Part shown: piece by piece, positions 53,286-63,083 of the stretch
How the letters are laid out: every line of letters begins with the position of its first letter
Position numbering within the stretch: position 1 is the first letter of the stretch
From: Bdellovibrionales bacterium
GTDB lineage: Bacteria > Bdellovibrionota > Bdellovibrionia > Bdellovibrionales > JAGQZY01
Length of the DNA: 64,000 nt
Reading direction: 5' to 3'
Assembly: GCA_041736155.1 (NCBI GenBank)
Contig: JBGSUL010000002.1
Location: forward strand, 2,151-66,150
Position numbers and translations under genes: made by a program
The notes under the pieces: model-generated
Told to the model about the DNA's origin: nothing
The model's database searches: none
What the model saw: the letters and a program-made list of their open reading frames with translations, nothing else

Positions 53286-54248
53286 ATGAAAAAGCTAAAA
53301 CACCAAATCGAAGGACAAATCCAAGAAGTGGTCTTTTTTTCCAGTCTGGTGATCGCTTTCACCGTGTTTGTGAGTGGGATTGCTTATCTCGCCTTCGGCG
53401 GAGCTAGCCTCGAATTGATTCTCGGGTCCTTCGGTGGACACATCGAACGCGGATTTTTCTCAGCCTTCGGTTATGGCTATTTTTATATCGCGTTCGCAGC
53501 ACTGCATTTAGGTTACATCACTAATTTTCATATTTTTAATTTTAACGACCTCAGAAGAGATTACCCTGTGATCGCTTATTCCGCTTTGGCTCATGGTATG
53601 CTCCTCACCTTGTTTTCCAACCTTCTTTCTGTCTTCCAATTTTCTCTCAACCTTCCTACACTTGAAAGTTTACCAAATGGTGCCGGTGGAGCTTTGGGAT
53701 CTTTTATTGCCAAAGGCCTTTACTCCGTCGCCGGACTTTACGGTTCAACGCTGCTCATTTTGATTTTTATGGTGACGACGGGTCTAGTGGCTGAGTTTTT
53801 TGAACTCAAAGACTTACACAGCACTCTCAGAAAAACAGGCCTTTTGAGCAAACAAGGTCTTATTAAATTATTTCAATTCACCCAATTTGGTTTAACACAG
53901 TTAATGAACTTCTTTTTTAAACAAAGTGATTTTTCAGAAATGGCGTTTCAATCGTCGCAAGCCACAAAAAGTTGGATCTCCAACTCTGTTCATCGCGCAA
54001 ATAACCTTTTCACTGAGCATTTTCATATTTATACACGCCCCGAACACACCGAAGAAGTGACTTCTGTTATTGAGGAAAAAGTCGAACTGGTTCCTGTAGA
54101 AACCTTTATCGAAAAACCCTTTAAGAAGAGTCTTCCTGCAAAAAAATCTTTTAAAGGCATCGTAAAGAATAAAAAGAACAGTCCAAAAGTCTCTAAGAAA
54201 CAAAAAACGTCTTCGAGCAAGTCAAAAAAGAAAAATGTGCCTCTGTAG
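53286..54248 (+). CDS. Membrane protein resembling only the 4-TM N-terminal domain of FtsK, with a Lys-rich tail
   Basis: Preferred ATG at 53286 (GAGGAGAGG SD). The segment NGAGGALGSFIAKGLYSVAGLYGSTLLILIFMVTTGLV resembles the FtsK_4TM region. No Walker motifs. Confidence 0.5.
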   Translation: MKKLKHQIEGQIQEVVFFSSLVIAFTVFVSGIAYLAFGGASLELILGSFGGHIERGFFSAFGYGYFYIAFAALHLGYITNFHIFNFNDLRRDYPVIAYSALAHGMLLTLFSNLLSVFQFSLNLPTLESLPNGAGGALGSFIAKGLYSVAGLYGSTLLILIFMVTTGLVAEFFELKDLHSTLRKTGLLSKQGLIKLFQFTQFGLTQLMNFFFKQSDFSEMAFQSSQATKSWISNSVHRANNLFTEHFHIYTRPEHTEEVTSVIEEKVELVPVETFIEKPFKKSLPAKKSFKGIVKNKKNSPKVSKKQKTSSSKSKKKNVPL

Positions 54249-54357
54249 AGGCACCAAGCTCAACTTTTTGACCCTCTTTTTATTGCGTTGATTCAAGATT
54301 GTCTAGCCTAGTTACGAATTGGTTGCTTCAGAAGCAAAAATCATTGAAATTAGCGTT

Positions 54358-55341
54358 ATGTCCCGCTTTAGAAAAAAAGACATTTCCGCGACAGAACAAA
54401 GTCCAGCTGTGCAACTTCTTTGGCAGCTTTTTCTTTCCGAAAAAGTGAATATCAAAGCTTTTTTTATTTTTTCCATAGCATCAGGCCTCCTTCTCCTGGC
54501 CATACCTTTTGGCATTCAAATCCTTGTGCAACAGTTCACTCTTCTCTACTACCAACAATCCACAATTTTTTTACTGATCTGCATTGCATTTTTCCTGGTC
54601 GGGATTGGGATTATGCGAGCACTGCAGCTCCTCCTTAACGAACGCTTTCAAAGGCGATTGTTTCATGATTTGGCGAAAGATTTAGAGAATTCATTACACA
54701 TCCTTAAACAAAGTCATATCGATTTACAAAAAAAGATGAATCACTTCTTCGAAATCATCACCCTACAGAAAACTTCCACCTATTTAATTTTTGACGGCCT
54801 GACTCTCTCGTTACAAACGATTTTCGGATTGATCGTTATCTCACTTTATCACCCACTTTTTTTCATCTATTCCCTTTGCATTCTTGGAGCCCTCTATTAT
54901 GTGCTTCGCATCCTTGGGAAAGGGGTTTTTGATCTGGCTCTCAAAGAGAGTAAATATAAATATGAGGTGATTTTTCATCTTCAACAATTGGCGGTACAAC
55001 CAGATCAACCGCAAAAAATATCAGAAGAACTTTTGACAAATTATTTGTGGGCTCGAGAAAACCGATTTCGCGTGCATTTTAAACAGTCTTTGGGGTTGGT
55101 GGCGGTCCAAGTTGTGGCAAGTTGTGTTCTTCTCGCCATTGGTGGGATTCTTGTCTACAACCAACAAATGACACTCGGGCAATTCATTGCTGGAGAATTA
55201 ATTATTACCAACGTTCTTATTTCTATCTTTAAGTTTAGTAACATTCTTGACTATTGGTATGACTCTTTAGTCAGCGTCTACAAAATCGATAAAACATTAA
55301 AGGAAATTGAAAGTGTCCAGTCAAATTCAGCGATTGATTAA
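54358..55341 (+). CDS. ABC-exporter-type transmembrane domain protein without a nucleotide-binding domain
   Basis: About 327 aa with six hydrophobic helices. The layout resembles type-I ABC exporter membrane domains (...MTLGQFIAGELIITNVLISIFKF...). The ORF ends where an NBD would begin. The start is uncertain (54319 TTG or 54358 ATG). Confidence 0.6.
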   Translation: MSRFRKKDISATEQSPAVQLLWQLFLSEKVNIKAFFIFSIASGLLLLAIPFGIQILVQQFTLLYYQQSTIFLLICIAFFLVGIGIMRALQLLLNERFQRRLFHDLAKDLENSLHILKQSHIDLQKKMNHFFEIITLQKTSTYLIFDGLTLSLQTIFGLIVISLYHPLFFIYSLCILGALYYVLRILGKGVFDLALKESKYKYEVIFHLQQLAVQPDQPQKISEELLTNYLWARENRFRVHFKQSLGLVAVQVVASCVLLAIGGILVYNQQMTLGQFIAGELIITNVLISIFKFSNILDYWYDSLVSVYKIDKTLKEIESVQSNSAID

Positions 55342-56371
55342 AGATAATCCATCATGGATTCGCATAGCCAACCGTGTTTTTATCGGCATGTTCGCCTTCG
55401 CTTGTTTAATGCTTTTTATGCCTTGGATGCAGACCATCGTTGGAGAGGGGCGCGTGATTGCCCTGGATGCACAAGAGCGACGCCAAGAGCTTTCTGCTCC
55501 TATTGATGGGCGTATTCAAAAATGGTTCGTGCAAGAAGGCGACAAGGTTAAAAAAGGGGACACCATTTTAGAGATGGCTGATAACGATCCTCTCATCTTA
55601 GATCGCATGGGCAAAGAGCGTGAATCACTCGAAAAAAAGTTTGAATCCATCGAATTAGCACGGAAAACATCTGCGATTAACGTCAAACGGCAAAAAGAGC
55701 TTTATGGCCAAGGACTCAGCTCGCAACGTCAGTACGAACTAGCCAAAATGGAGCTAGCAAAATTGGAGTCCGAGGAAGCTTCCGCTCTCGCCGACATGTC
55801 ACGGATTGATGTCCGCCTCTCTCGACAGCAACAACAGGTGATTGCCGCACCCATTGATGGCACCGTCGTACGTATTTTAAAAAACTCCGCCGCCGGCGTT
55901 GAGTTTGTACACACGGGGGAACCTCTCGCGCTGATTGTTCCAGAAACTTCTTCGCGAATCGTAGAAGCTTGGGTTTCTGGCAACGACATCCCCTGGGTCA
56001 CGGCCGGCAAACGGGTGGCTTTACAATTTGAAGGATGGCCCACAATCCAATTTTCAGGACTTCCGCAAATTTCTGTGGGAATTTTTTTTGGCACCGTAAA
56101 ACTTGTTGATGCCCTTGATGACGGGCAAGGAAACTTTCGCATTCTTATCGTTCCAGAAGACGACTCAACCTGGCCAAGTCCTGATTTTTTACGACAAGGG
56201 GTGCGCACCTATGCCTGGGTTATGTTAGGCGATGTTCCGCTAGGTTATGAAATTTGGCGTCGCTTCAATGGATTTCCTCCGTCCAATCTTCCCACCGGCG
56301 TCTACCCAATTAACCAAGATACAAAAAAGAATTCTAAAAAAAAGACATCCAGTGAAAAGACAGAAAAATGA
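55307..56371 (+). CDS. HlyD-family periplasmic adaptor (membrane fusion) protein
   Basis: N-terminal TM helix, a lipoyl-like hairpin (LSAPIDGRIQKWFVQEGDKVKKGDTILEM ... IAAPIDGTVVRIL) and a coiled coil between them. It overlaps the preceding gene. An alternative GTG lies at 55313. Confidence 0.75.
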   Translation: MKVSSQIQRLIKDNPSWIRIANRVFIGMFAFACLMLFMPWMQTIVGEGRVIALDAQERRQELSAPIDGRIQKWFVQEGDKVKKGDTILEMADNDPLILDRMGKERESLEKKFESIELARKTSAINVKRQKELYGQGLSSQRQYELAKMELAKLESEEASALADMSRIDVRLSRQQQQVIAAPIDGTVVRILKNSAAGVEFVHTGEPLALIVPETSSRIVEAWVSGNDIPWVTAGKRVALQFEGWPTIQFSGLPQISVGIFFGTVKLVDALDDGQGNFRILIVPEDDSTWPSPDFLRQGVRTYAWVMLGDVPLGYEIWRRFNGFPPSNLPTGVYPINQDTKKNSKKKTSSEKTEK

Positions 56372-57744
56372 TAGCGTTTTGGATTTTTACTCTCTTCAGT
56401 CATTCCAGCGTCAGTGAACAGCAGGTTCTCGACCATGTTCTCCAGCAGTTTCCTTCTGTTCAAATGGCAAAAAGTGATGTGGCTATCGCCGACGGCGAAC
56501 AACTCGCCTCTCGCGGCGCATTTGATATTCTTCTCCAAGGAAGTTACCTCGACCAAACTGGCGATTACCAGAACGATGTTTTGCAAGCAAAGCTTATAAA
56601 ACCCACATCTCTCTTTGGCCTTGATCTTTATGCCGGTTACAAAAAGGGAGAGGGTAATTTTGCCGTCTATGATAAAGAATGGGAGACCCTTGATAAAGGC
56701 GAGTGGAGTGTCGGAGGCAAGCTTCCACTCCTCAGAGATTTCCTCATCGATGAACGTCGAGCCCGTGTTAGCAAAGCCAATCTTGGTAAAGAACAACGTG
56801 AATACCAATTGCAAGCCACTGAACTGGAGCAGGTTCGCAATGCCCTTCACCGTTATTGGGATTGGACCCTCGCCGGAAAAAAACTTCTCGTGCAAAAAGG
56901 CCTTTTGCAAATCGCCGAGCAGCGAGATGTCTGGCTCCTCAAAAGAAGTAAAGCTGGAGATATCCCGCGTTTCGAACGCAACGACAACCTACGATCCATC
57001 TTACAAAGACGTTCCTTTGTCATGCAAAGTGAAATGCAGCTAGAACAGAGCATAGCCGAGCTCGGTTTTTATATCGAAGACGAAAACATCAAACAAAAGT
57101 TACTCACTCCACGAGAGCTTTCCGAAAGCACCATTCCGCTTGTACAAACACAATTATTGCAAAAATCGGCTTCTGACTTGGCTGAATTAGCTCTTCAGCA
57201 ACGCCCTGACCTAAAGGCACTGCAGCTGCAAATTGAACAAAATAAAATTGATGAGGAATTAGTAAAAAATCGTTTTTTACCAAAACTTGATCTTCAAGCA
57301 CAATACTCCAAGGATGAAGGAGTTGGCTCAACATCTTTAGACGATAATAACATCAAGACCATGGTTCAATTTGAAGTGCCCCTACAGTATCGGGCCCTTC
57401 GCGGACGCCAAGCACAAATTCGCTCGCAGACACAACGTCTGACTTATCAAAAGCAACTTCTCAAACAGCGCATCGAAGCTGATATTCGTGCAATAAAGAA
57501 AAACCTTGATGTGTCTTTACAAAGGCGTGAACTGGCACTTGAAGAACTCCGTCTCGCCCAGAATCTAGAAAAGGGAGAACGGATTCGCCTCAACCAAGGG
57601 GAAACCAACGTGCTCATCGTCAACTTGCGCGAGCAAGCCACAGCCGAAGCCGAGCTCCGTCTTGCGGAATCCACGACCGAAGCCATGAAGTATTGGATCT
57701 CGTTAAAAATTGCTTTGGGCGAACTTCCACACGTTCGTTCTTAA
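56368..57744 (+). CDS. TolC-family outer-membrane protein
   Basis: 458 aa with outer-membrane-factor repeat architecture. ATGA overlap with the HlyD gene. Confidence 0.75.
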   Translation: MIAFWIFTLFSHSSVSEQQVLDHVLQQFPSVQMAKSDVAIADGEQLASRGAFDILLQGSYLDQTGDYQNDVLQAKLIKPTSLFGLDLYAGYKKGEGNFAVYDKEWETLDKGEWSVGGKLPLLRDFLIDERRARVSKANLGKEQREYQLQATELEQVRNALHRYWDWTLAGKKLLVQKGLLQIAEQRDVWLLKRSKAGDIPRFERNDNLRSILQRRSFVMQSEMQLEQSIAELGFYIEDENIKQKLLTPRELSESTIPLVQTQLLQKSASDLAELALQQRPDLKALQLQIEQNKIDEELVKNRFLPKLDLQAQYSKDEGVGSTSLDDNNIKTMVQFEVPLQYRALRGRQAQIRSQTQRLTYQKQLLKQRIEADIRAIKKNLDVSLQRRELALEELRLAQNLEKGERIRLNQGETNVLIVNLREQATAEAELRLAESTTEAMKYWISLKIALGELPHVRS

Positions 57745-57752
57745 AGAGAATC

Positions 57753-59612
57753 TTATTCTACGGTCACTGACTTTGCGAGGTTGCGAGGTTGATCGACATC
57801 GTAGCCTAAAATGTTGGCCACATGATAAGCCAGCAACTGCACCGGAATGACCGATAAAATCCCCGACGCCATCCAATCTGACTTAGGCAGAGACAAATAC
57901 TCTTTGCTCATCTCTTTGAGTTTTTTATCTTCGCCCGTCCCAATCGACACAATCACTCCGCCGCGCGCTTTGGCTTCTTGCAAATTGCTCAGGGTTTTTT
58001 CGTAATGACTGTCTTTAGGACAAATCACCACCACCAACATTGACGGATCAATCAACGCCAGAGGTCCGTGCTTCATCTCACCTGCGGCGTAACCTTCGGC
58101 GTGCATATAGGCCAGTTCTTTGAGCTTGAGAGCTCCTTCCATGGCGATGGGGTAGTTAATTCCACGGCCTAAATATAAAAATCCGCGGTATTCTTTTAAG
58201 GTCTTTGAAGCTTTAGCAAAAAATTTATCGTGAGAGAGCACGGCTTCCATTTGACTGGGCAAACCCAAAAGATTCTGCACATAGTTTTTTTCTTCCGCCA
58301 TCGACATTTTCTCACGCTGACGAGCAAGGAAAATAGCAAAGAGGTTCACCACGGTGAGTGTGCTAATAAACGCTTTTGTGCTCGCCACACCCACTTCGAT
58401 CCCCGCATGCATATACAAATGGCCATGAGCTTCGCGATCGATGGTGGAACCCTTGGTATTGCTGAGACTCAATGTCAGTGCGCCCGCCTCTTTTGCCATT
58501 CTTAAAACGGCCAAAGTGTCTGCGGTCTCCCCACTTTGCGAAATTGTCATCACTAACGAGCGGGGTGGGATCACGGGCTCCCGATAACGGAACTCCGACG
58601 CCACATCCACTTCAACCGGCACACCGGCTAATTTTTCGATAAGATATTCAGCGTACATAGAAGCATAAAAACTAGTTCCACAGGCAATGATAAAAATACG
58701 CTCGACTTTTTTAAGCTCATCCAAAGACAATCCTGGCGCCGCGCCTGGCACCGGCGACACTCCGAGTTTTTCAAAATGCACGGACAAGGACTCGTGATTG
58801 ACATAGTTTTCTAAAACCGATGCCACCGCTTTGGGTTGCTCAAAGATTTCTTTGAGCATGTAGTGCTTAAATCCCATTTTTTCAGCCTGCGCTGTATTCC
58901 AATCAATGAGGATGGGCTGTTTTTTGATGGCGATACCCGTGCGATCATAAAAGTGCGCACCTTGCGCCGTGAGTTCGGCCACTTCGTGGTCTTCGAGATA
59001 AATCATCGATTTGGTGTAGGCGAGCATGGCCTGCACATCGCTGCCGACAAACATTTCCCCTTGTCCTTGGCCCACAATCAACGGCGGACCGTTTTTAAAA
59101 GCAACCACCGTGTCGGGCTGCTTATCCCAAACTGCTAAAATGGCATAAGCGCCTTCGATGCGAGTGAGAATTTTATGCACGGCCTGACGAAGATCGGGAG
59201 TTTGTTTTAATTGGTTAGCGAGTAAATGTGCCACCACTTCACTATCTGTGTCCGAGGAAAAAACTGCGCCTTGTTTGTTTAACTCTTCTTTGAGCTCGCT
59301 GTAGTTTTCAATAATACCATTATGAACAAGACAGACACCTTCCACTTTGTGGGGGTGAGCATTCTTCTCCGAGGGGACACCATGGGTCGCCCACCGTGTG
59401 TGTGCAATGCCAACAGGGCCTGAAGGCTTAGACTTTTTTATTTTTTCTTCGAGTTGGGAAAGTTTTCCCTGCGCGCGTAGCACTGTGTATTCGTTGTTCT
59501 CCAAAACGGCAATGCCCGAACTGTCGTAACCACGATACTCCAGTTTTTTAAGTCCATTGACTAAAACATCGACGGTGCTTTTTGTGCCAAGATAACCAAC
59601 GATTCCACACAC
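57753..59612 (-). CDS. glmS: Glutamine--fructose-6-phosphate aminotransferase
   Basis: MCGIVGY N-terminus, two SIS domains, and C-terminal NLAKSVTVE. Confidence 0.95.
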   Translation of the reverse strand: MCGIVGYLGTKSTVDVLVNGLKKLEYRGYDSSGIAVLENNEYTVLRAQGKLSQLEEKIKKSKPSGPVGIAHTRWATHGVPSEKNAHPHKVEGVCLVHNGIIENYSELKEELNKQGAVFSSDTDSEVVAHLLANQLKQTPDLRQAVHKILTRIEGAYAILAVWDKQPDTVVAFKNGPPLIVGQGQGEMFVGSDVQAMLAYTKSMIYLEDHEVAELTAQGAHFYDRTGIAIKKQPILIDWNTAQAEKMGFKHYMLKEIFEQPKAVASVLENYVNHESLSVHFEKLGVSPVPGAAPGLSLDELKKVERIFIIACGTSFYASMYAEYLIEKLAGVPVEVDVASEFRYREPVIPPRSLVMTISQSGETADTLAVLRMAKEAGALTLSLSNTKGSTIDREAHGHLYMHAGIEVGVASTKAFISTLTVVNLFAIFLARQREKMSMAEEKNYVQNLLGLPSQMEAVLSHDKFFAKASKTLKEYRGFLYLGRGINYPIAMEGALKLKELAYMHAEGYAAGEMKHGPLALIDPSMLVVVICPKDSHYEKTLSNLQEAKARGGVIVSIGTGEDKKLKEMSKEYLSLPKSDWMASGILSVIPVQLLAYHVANILGYDVDQPRNLAKSVTVE

Positions 59613-59624
59613 AGATATTTTCTC

Positions 59625-60992
59625 CTATTTTTTATTGTAATTCTCTTTGATGATTTGGCGACCACGAGCCACAGCCAAAGCCTCGGACGGGACATCTTTC
59701 GTTATCGTCGAGCCCGAGCCAATCACGGCATTATCACCAATCACAATGGGGGCGATAAATTGTGTATCACTGCCCACAAAAACATTTTTGCCAATTTTCG
59801 TTTTATACTTTTTCTTATCCACCGCATAGTTGCAGGTGATGGTGCCACAACCGATATTGGTCTCTTCGCCAATCTCAGCGTCTCCTAAGTAAGTGAGATG
59901 CCCTGCTTTGGCTCGTGCAGCCATGTGTACATTTTTGAGTTCGACAAAATTTCCGATATGTACTTCTTCACCAAGAAGCGTGCCTGGGCGCAAACGCGCA
60001 TAAGGTCCAACGATGGATTTTTTTCCCACCACTGATTTTTCAAGATAAGAGCCTGCTCGGATTTGTGTTCCTTGTTGAACATGACTATCGACGATAAACA
60101 CATGGGGCTCGACCACACAGAACGGTTCAATCACCGTTTGGCCTTTTAAAAAACAACCGGGATATAATACACTTCCTGCGCCAATTTGTACCGAGTTTTC
60201 CACATAGGTGTTTTGCGGATCGATGATGATCACGCCAGCTTCCATGAGCTCACGCACTTTTTTTCGAATCACGAAACGTGTCGCCCGTGCCAATTCTTCT
60301 TGCGTATTCACACCAAACGCCACCGTTGTTGGCATAGGGATCGCCATCACTTTTTTGCGATCTTCGACTGTGGCCGCAATCAAGTCTGTGAGATAAAATT
60401 CATTTTGTTTATTGTTATTTTTAATCTGTGGCAAATAGGTATTGAGAACATCCGCCTTCACCACGTAAATTCCCGTGTTGATCTCACGAATTTTTAAAGT
60501 TTCTTGCGAAGCATCTTTGGCTTCGACAATCGCTTTGACAGCATCGTAGTGACGAACAATGCGTCCGTAGTTACCAGGCTTTTTAACCGTGCACGTGACC
60601 ACCGCCACATCGGCATTTTTATTTTCAAACTCCTGAAGAATAGCCCGCACATTCTCCGGCGAAATCAACGGATGATCACCATTGACAATCAGCACAGCTC
60701 CCTCGATGGATTCGGGATTTGCTTGGCGAACGGCGTCAGCTGTGCCGAGCTGTTGCACTTGACGATGACAAACATATCCTTGCGCTTCGACGAGGGGTCG
60801 AATCAAGTTTTCTCCCACGCCCAAAACCACGCGGATCTCTTGGAATTTTTGCGGGGCCAAAGCCTGAAAAACATACTGAATCATGGGTTGACCAGCCACC
60901 GGGTGGAGAACTTTAGGCAGAGGCGATTTCATTCGTGTGCCTTGGCCAGCAGCTAATACAATTGCGGTATAATTGAAATTTAAGGGTTTCAT
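59625..60992 (-). CDS. glmU: Bifunctional UDP-N-acetylglucosamine pyrophosphorylase / glucosamine-1-phosphate N-acetyltransferase
   Basis: LAAGQGTRMKS N-terminal nucleotidyltransferase motif and C-terminal left-handed beta-helix hexapeptide repeats. Confidence 0.95.
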   Translation of the reverse strand: MKPLNFNYTAIVLAAGQGTRMKSPLPKVLHPVAGQPMIQYVFQALAPQKFQEIRVVLGVGENLIRPLVEAQGYVCHRQVQQLGTADAVRQANPESIEGAVLIVNGDHPLISPENVRAILQEFENKNADVAVVTCTVKKPGNYGRIVRHYDAVKAIVEAKDASQETLKIREINTGIYVVKADVLNTYLPQIKNNNKQNEFYLTDLIAATVEDRKKVMAIPMPTTVAFGVNTQEELARATRFVIRKKVRELMEAGVIIIDPQNTYVENSVQIGAGSVLYPGCFLKGQTVIEPFCVVEPHVFIVDSHVQQGTQIRAGSYLEKSVVGKKSIVGPYARLRPGTLLGEEVHIGNFVELKNVHMAARAKAGHLTYLGDAEIGEETNIGCGTITCNYAVDKKKYKTKIGKNVFVGSDTQFIAPIVIGDNAVIGSGSTITKDVPSEALAVARGRQIIKENYNKK

Positions 60993-61070
60993 AGCGCCAA
61001 ATTAGCAGACCCCAGTCGAGAGTCAATCCAACATTCCGTTGCCAATCCTCGAAATCGGTCCGATGATAAA

Positions 61071-62966
61071 ATGATGCGAGTCCCTTCGGCGGCCCCGAGT
61101 TTTAAAACAACAGGTCTGTATTTTATCTCAGAAAATTTTCTACCCGACCCGCAATGGGAAGCCGTCCATTACAAGCCGAGTCAGCTGACTTTTCCCTTTT
61201 TTTCCTCAGAACCGACGGTCATCGTTCTTGAAGTTTATGCGCCTTTTTTGCAACAGTACGAAAAACTTCTGAAGGAGATGAAAGAACTCAGCCTGCAAAC
61301 GCAGTTGATCTTTTTTTCTCTCGATCTTGCCGAAAACGCTCTCGTTGACCTGTTCAATCTCCAGCGCCCCTTTCGCCTGATTCCCCATGCGCGTATTGCC
61401 GAACTGCAAAAGCCTATTCAAGAGGCCATGGAACAGGGACAAAATCTCAAACAAGAGCAAGTTCTCTACCAACTTTTCCGTGAGCAAAATAAAGAGTTGC
61501 AAGAAATGACTCAAAATCTTGAGTCACGTATTGAAAAACGCCAAAATCATATCGAAGAAGCCCGCGCCCGGCTCTCTGCCGCAAACGAAAAAAATATTTT
61601 TCTGCAAAAGTGTTTGTTCGCCGTTCACAACTCCACCACCATCGCCGATCTCGAAAAGACGGTGACAGAACTTCTGCACGAGCCTTTATCGTTGGACTGG
61701 TTTCGTATCCAGCTGGAACTTTCACTGACTAGCAATCTTCTTGAGACGCCGGCCTCCACATCGTTGTACCGTTTCCCCCTGACTCTCGCTCAGCGTGATT
61801 ATGGCCAGTTGCTTTTTGCCAGAAAAAGCCAAACAGCGTTTCGACGAGATGAAAAAGAACTTTTAGAAACCTTGAGTGAAGCAATTTCTTTTTGCGTAGA
61901 AAAAATGTTGCAAATCGAACGCAATCGAGAGTTGCAATCGCAGTGGCAATCCACCTTCAATGCGATTTTGGATCCGGTGTGCCTGATTGACGAAAATTAC
62001 AATCTCCATTTGGTGAATAAAAGTCTTAGTCCCAAAAAACAAGTGCTCGGTAAAAAGTGTTACGAGATATTGTTTCAGCGGCAAAGTCCGTGCACGGACT
62101 GTCAACGCGGTCAAACCTTTCGTTTGCGTGAGTCCGGAGAAAATGCCAAAGTCTACGATGTGTTTAGTCAGTCGATGGTGATTGATTATCAAAAAAGTTA
62201 TTTTCATCTCTATCGTGACATTTCTCAACAGCTAGGTCTTGAAAGACAGTTGGTGGAATCAGCGAAACTCGCTGAGCTTGGCACCATCAGCAGCAGTATC
62301 GCCCATGAATTAAATAATCCCCTCGGTGGCATGATCAACTTTATCCAATTAATTAAAATGGATCTCCCAGCCCAGGACCCATTGCGCCCCGATGTAGACG
62401 AAATGGAAAAGGCCGCCCTCCGCTGCAAAGACATTGTGAAAAATCTTTTAAGCTTCAGTCGCACCGCCAAAGAATCCGAAGTGCACGACATTCCCCTGGT
62501 GGACGTGATCAAACGCGCGATCATGATTACCGAACTCCGCACACGCTCGTTAGGAATTCGTATTCAATTTCCCGATAGCGAAGAGGCTCTGACGGTGCGT
62601 GGACGTTTCAATCCACTGGCGCAGGTCTTTTGTAATATTCTGCAAAATTCTTACGAGAGCATTATTACTAAACGCAAAACCATTCCCGACTTCAAAGGGG
62701 AAATCATAATTCAGATTTCGACGACCGAAAAAGGCATCGATATCGACATCTTTGACAACGGTGTGGGTTTAGCCAATAACGAGACCCACCATTTTTTTGA
62801 CCCACTCTTTACGACGAAAGACCCAGAGAAACACTCGGGGCTGGGCCTAACTCTAGCTAAACAAATTCTGACCGAGCACTCCGCGCGCATTGATCTAACC
62901 ACGCAGAAAGATGGCAGAACACGAGCCCATCTTCATTTTCCTCGACTTTCCTCGCACGCATTTTAG
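61071..62966 (+). CDS. Cytoplasmic sensor histidine kinase, paralogous in architecture to 28492..30492
   Basis: H-box IAHELNNPLGGM, N-box NILQNSYES, DNGVGL, GLGLTLA. The PAS region carries C-x10-C-x2-C. Confidence 0.85.
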   Translation: MMRVPSAAPSFKTTGLYFISENFLPDPQWEAVHYKPSQLTFPFFSSEPTVIVLEVYAPFLQQYEKLLKEMKELSLQTQLIFFSLDLAENALVDLFNLQRPFRLIPHARIAELQKPIQEAMEQGQNLKQEQVLYQLFREQNKELQEMTQNLESRIEKRQNHIEEARARLSAANEKNIFLQKCLFAVHNSTTIADLEKTVTELLHEPLSLDWFRIQLELSLTSNLLETPASTSLYRFPLTLAQRDYGQLLFARKSQTAFRRDEKELLETLSEAISFCVEKMLQIERNRELQSQWQSTFNAILDPVCLIDENYNLHLVNKSLSPKKQVLGKKCYEILFQRQSPCTDCQRGQTFRLRESGENAKVYDVFSQSMVIDYQKSYFHLYRDISQQLGLERQLVESAKLAELGTISSSIAHELNNPLGGMINFIQLIKMDLPAQDPLRPDVDEMEKAALRCKDIVKNLLSFSRTAKESEVHDIPLVDVIKRAIMITELRTRSLGIRIQFPDSEEALTVRGRFNPLAQVFCNILQNSYESIITKRKTIPDFKGEIIIQISTTEKGIDIDIFDNGVGLANNETHHFFDPLFTTKDPEKHSGLGLTLAKQILTEHSARIDLTTQKDGRTRAHLHFPRLSSHAF

Positions 62967-63083
62967 TCTGTATTTGCAGGTCGTGAAATTGACACCGTCA
63001 AAAATGTCTCATACGCTCTAATCAGGTCGTTCAAGGATGAAACGGCCTTCGCGCTCAACGCTCGATATCCAGGGAAGGATCTC

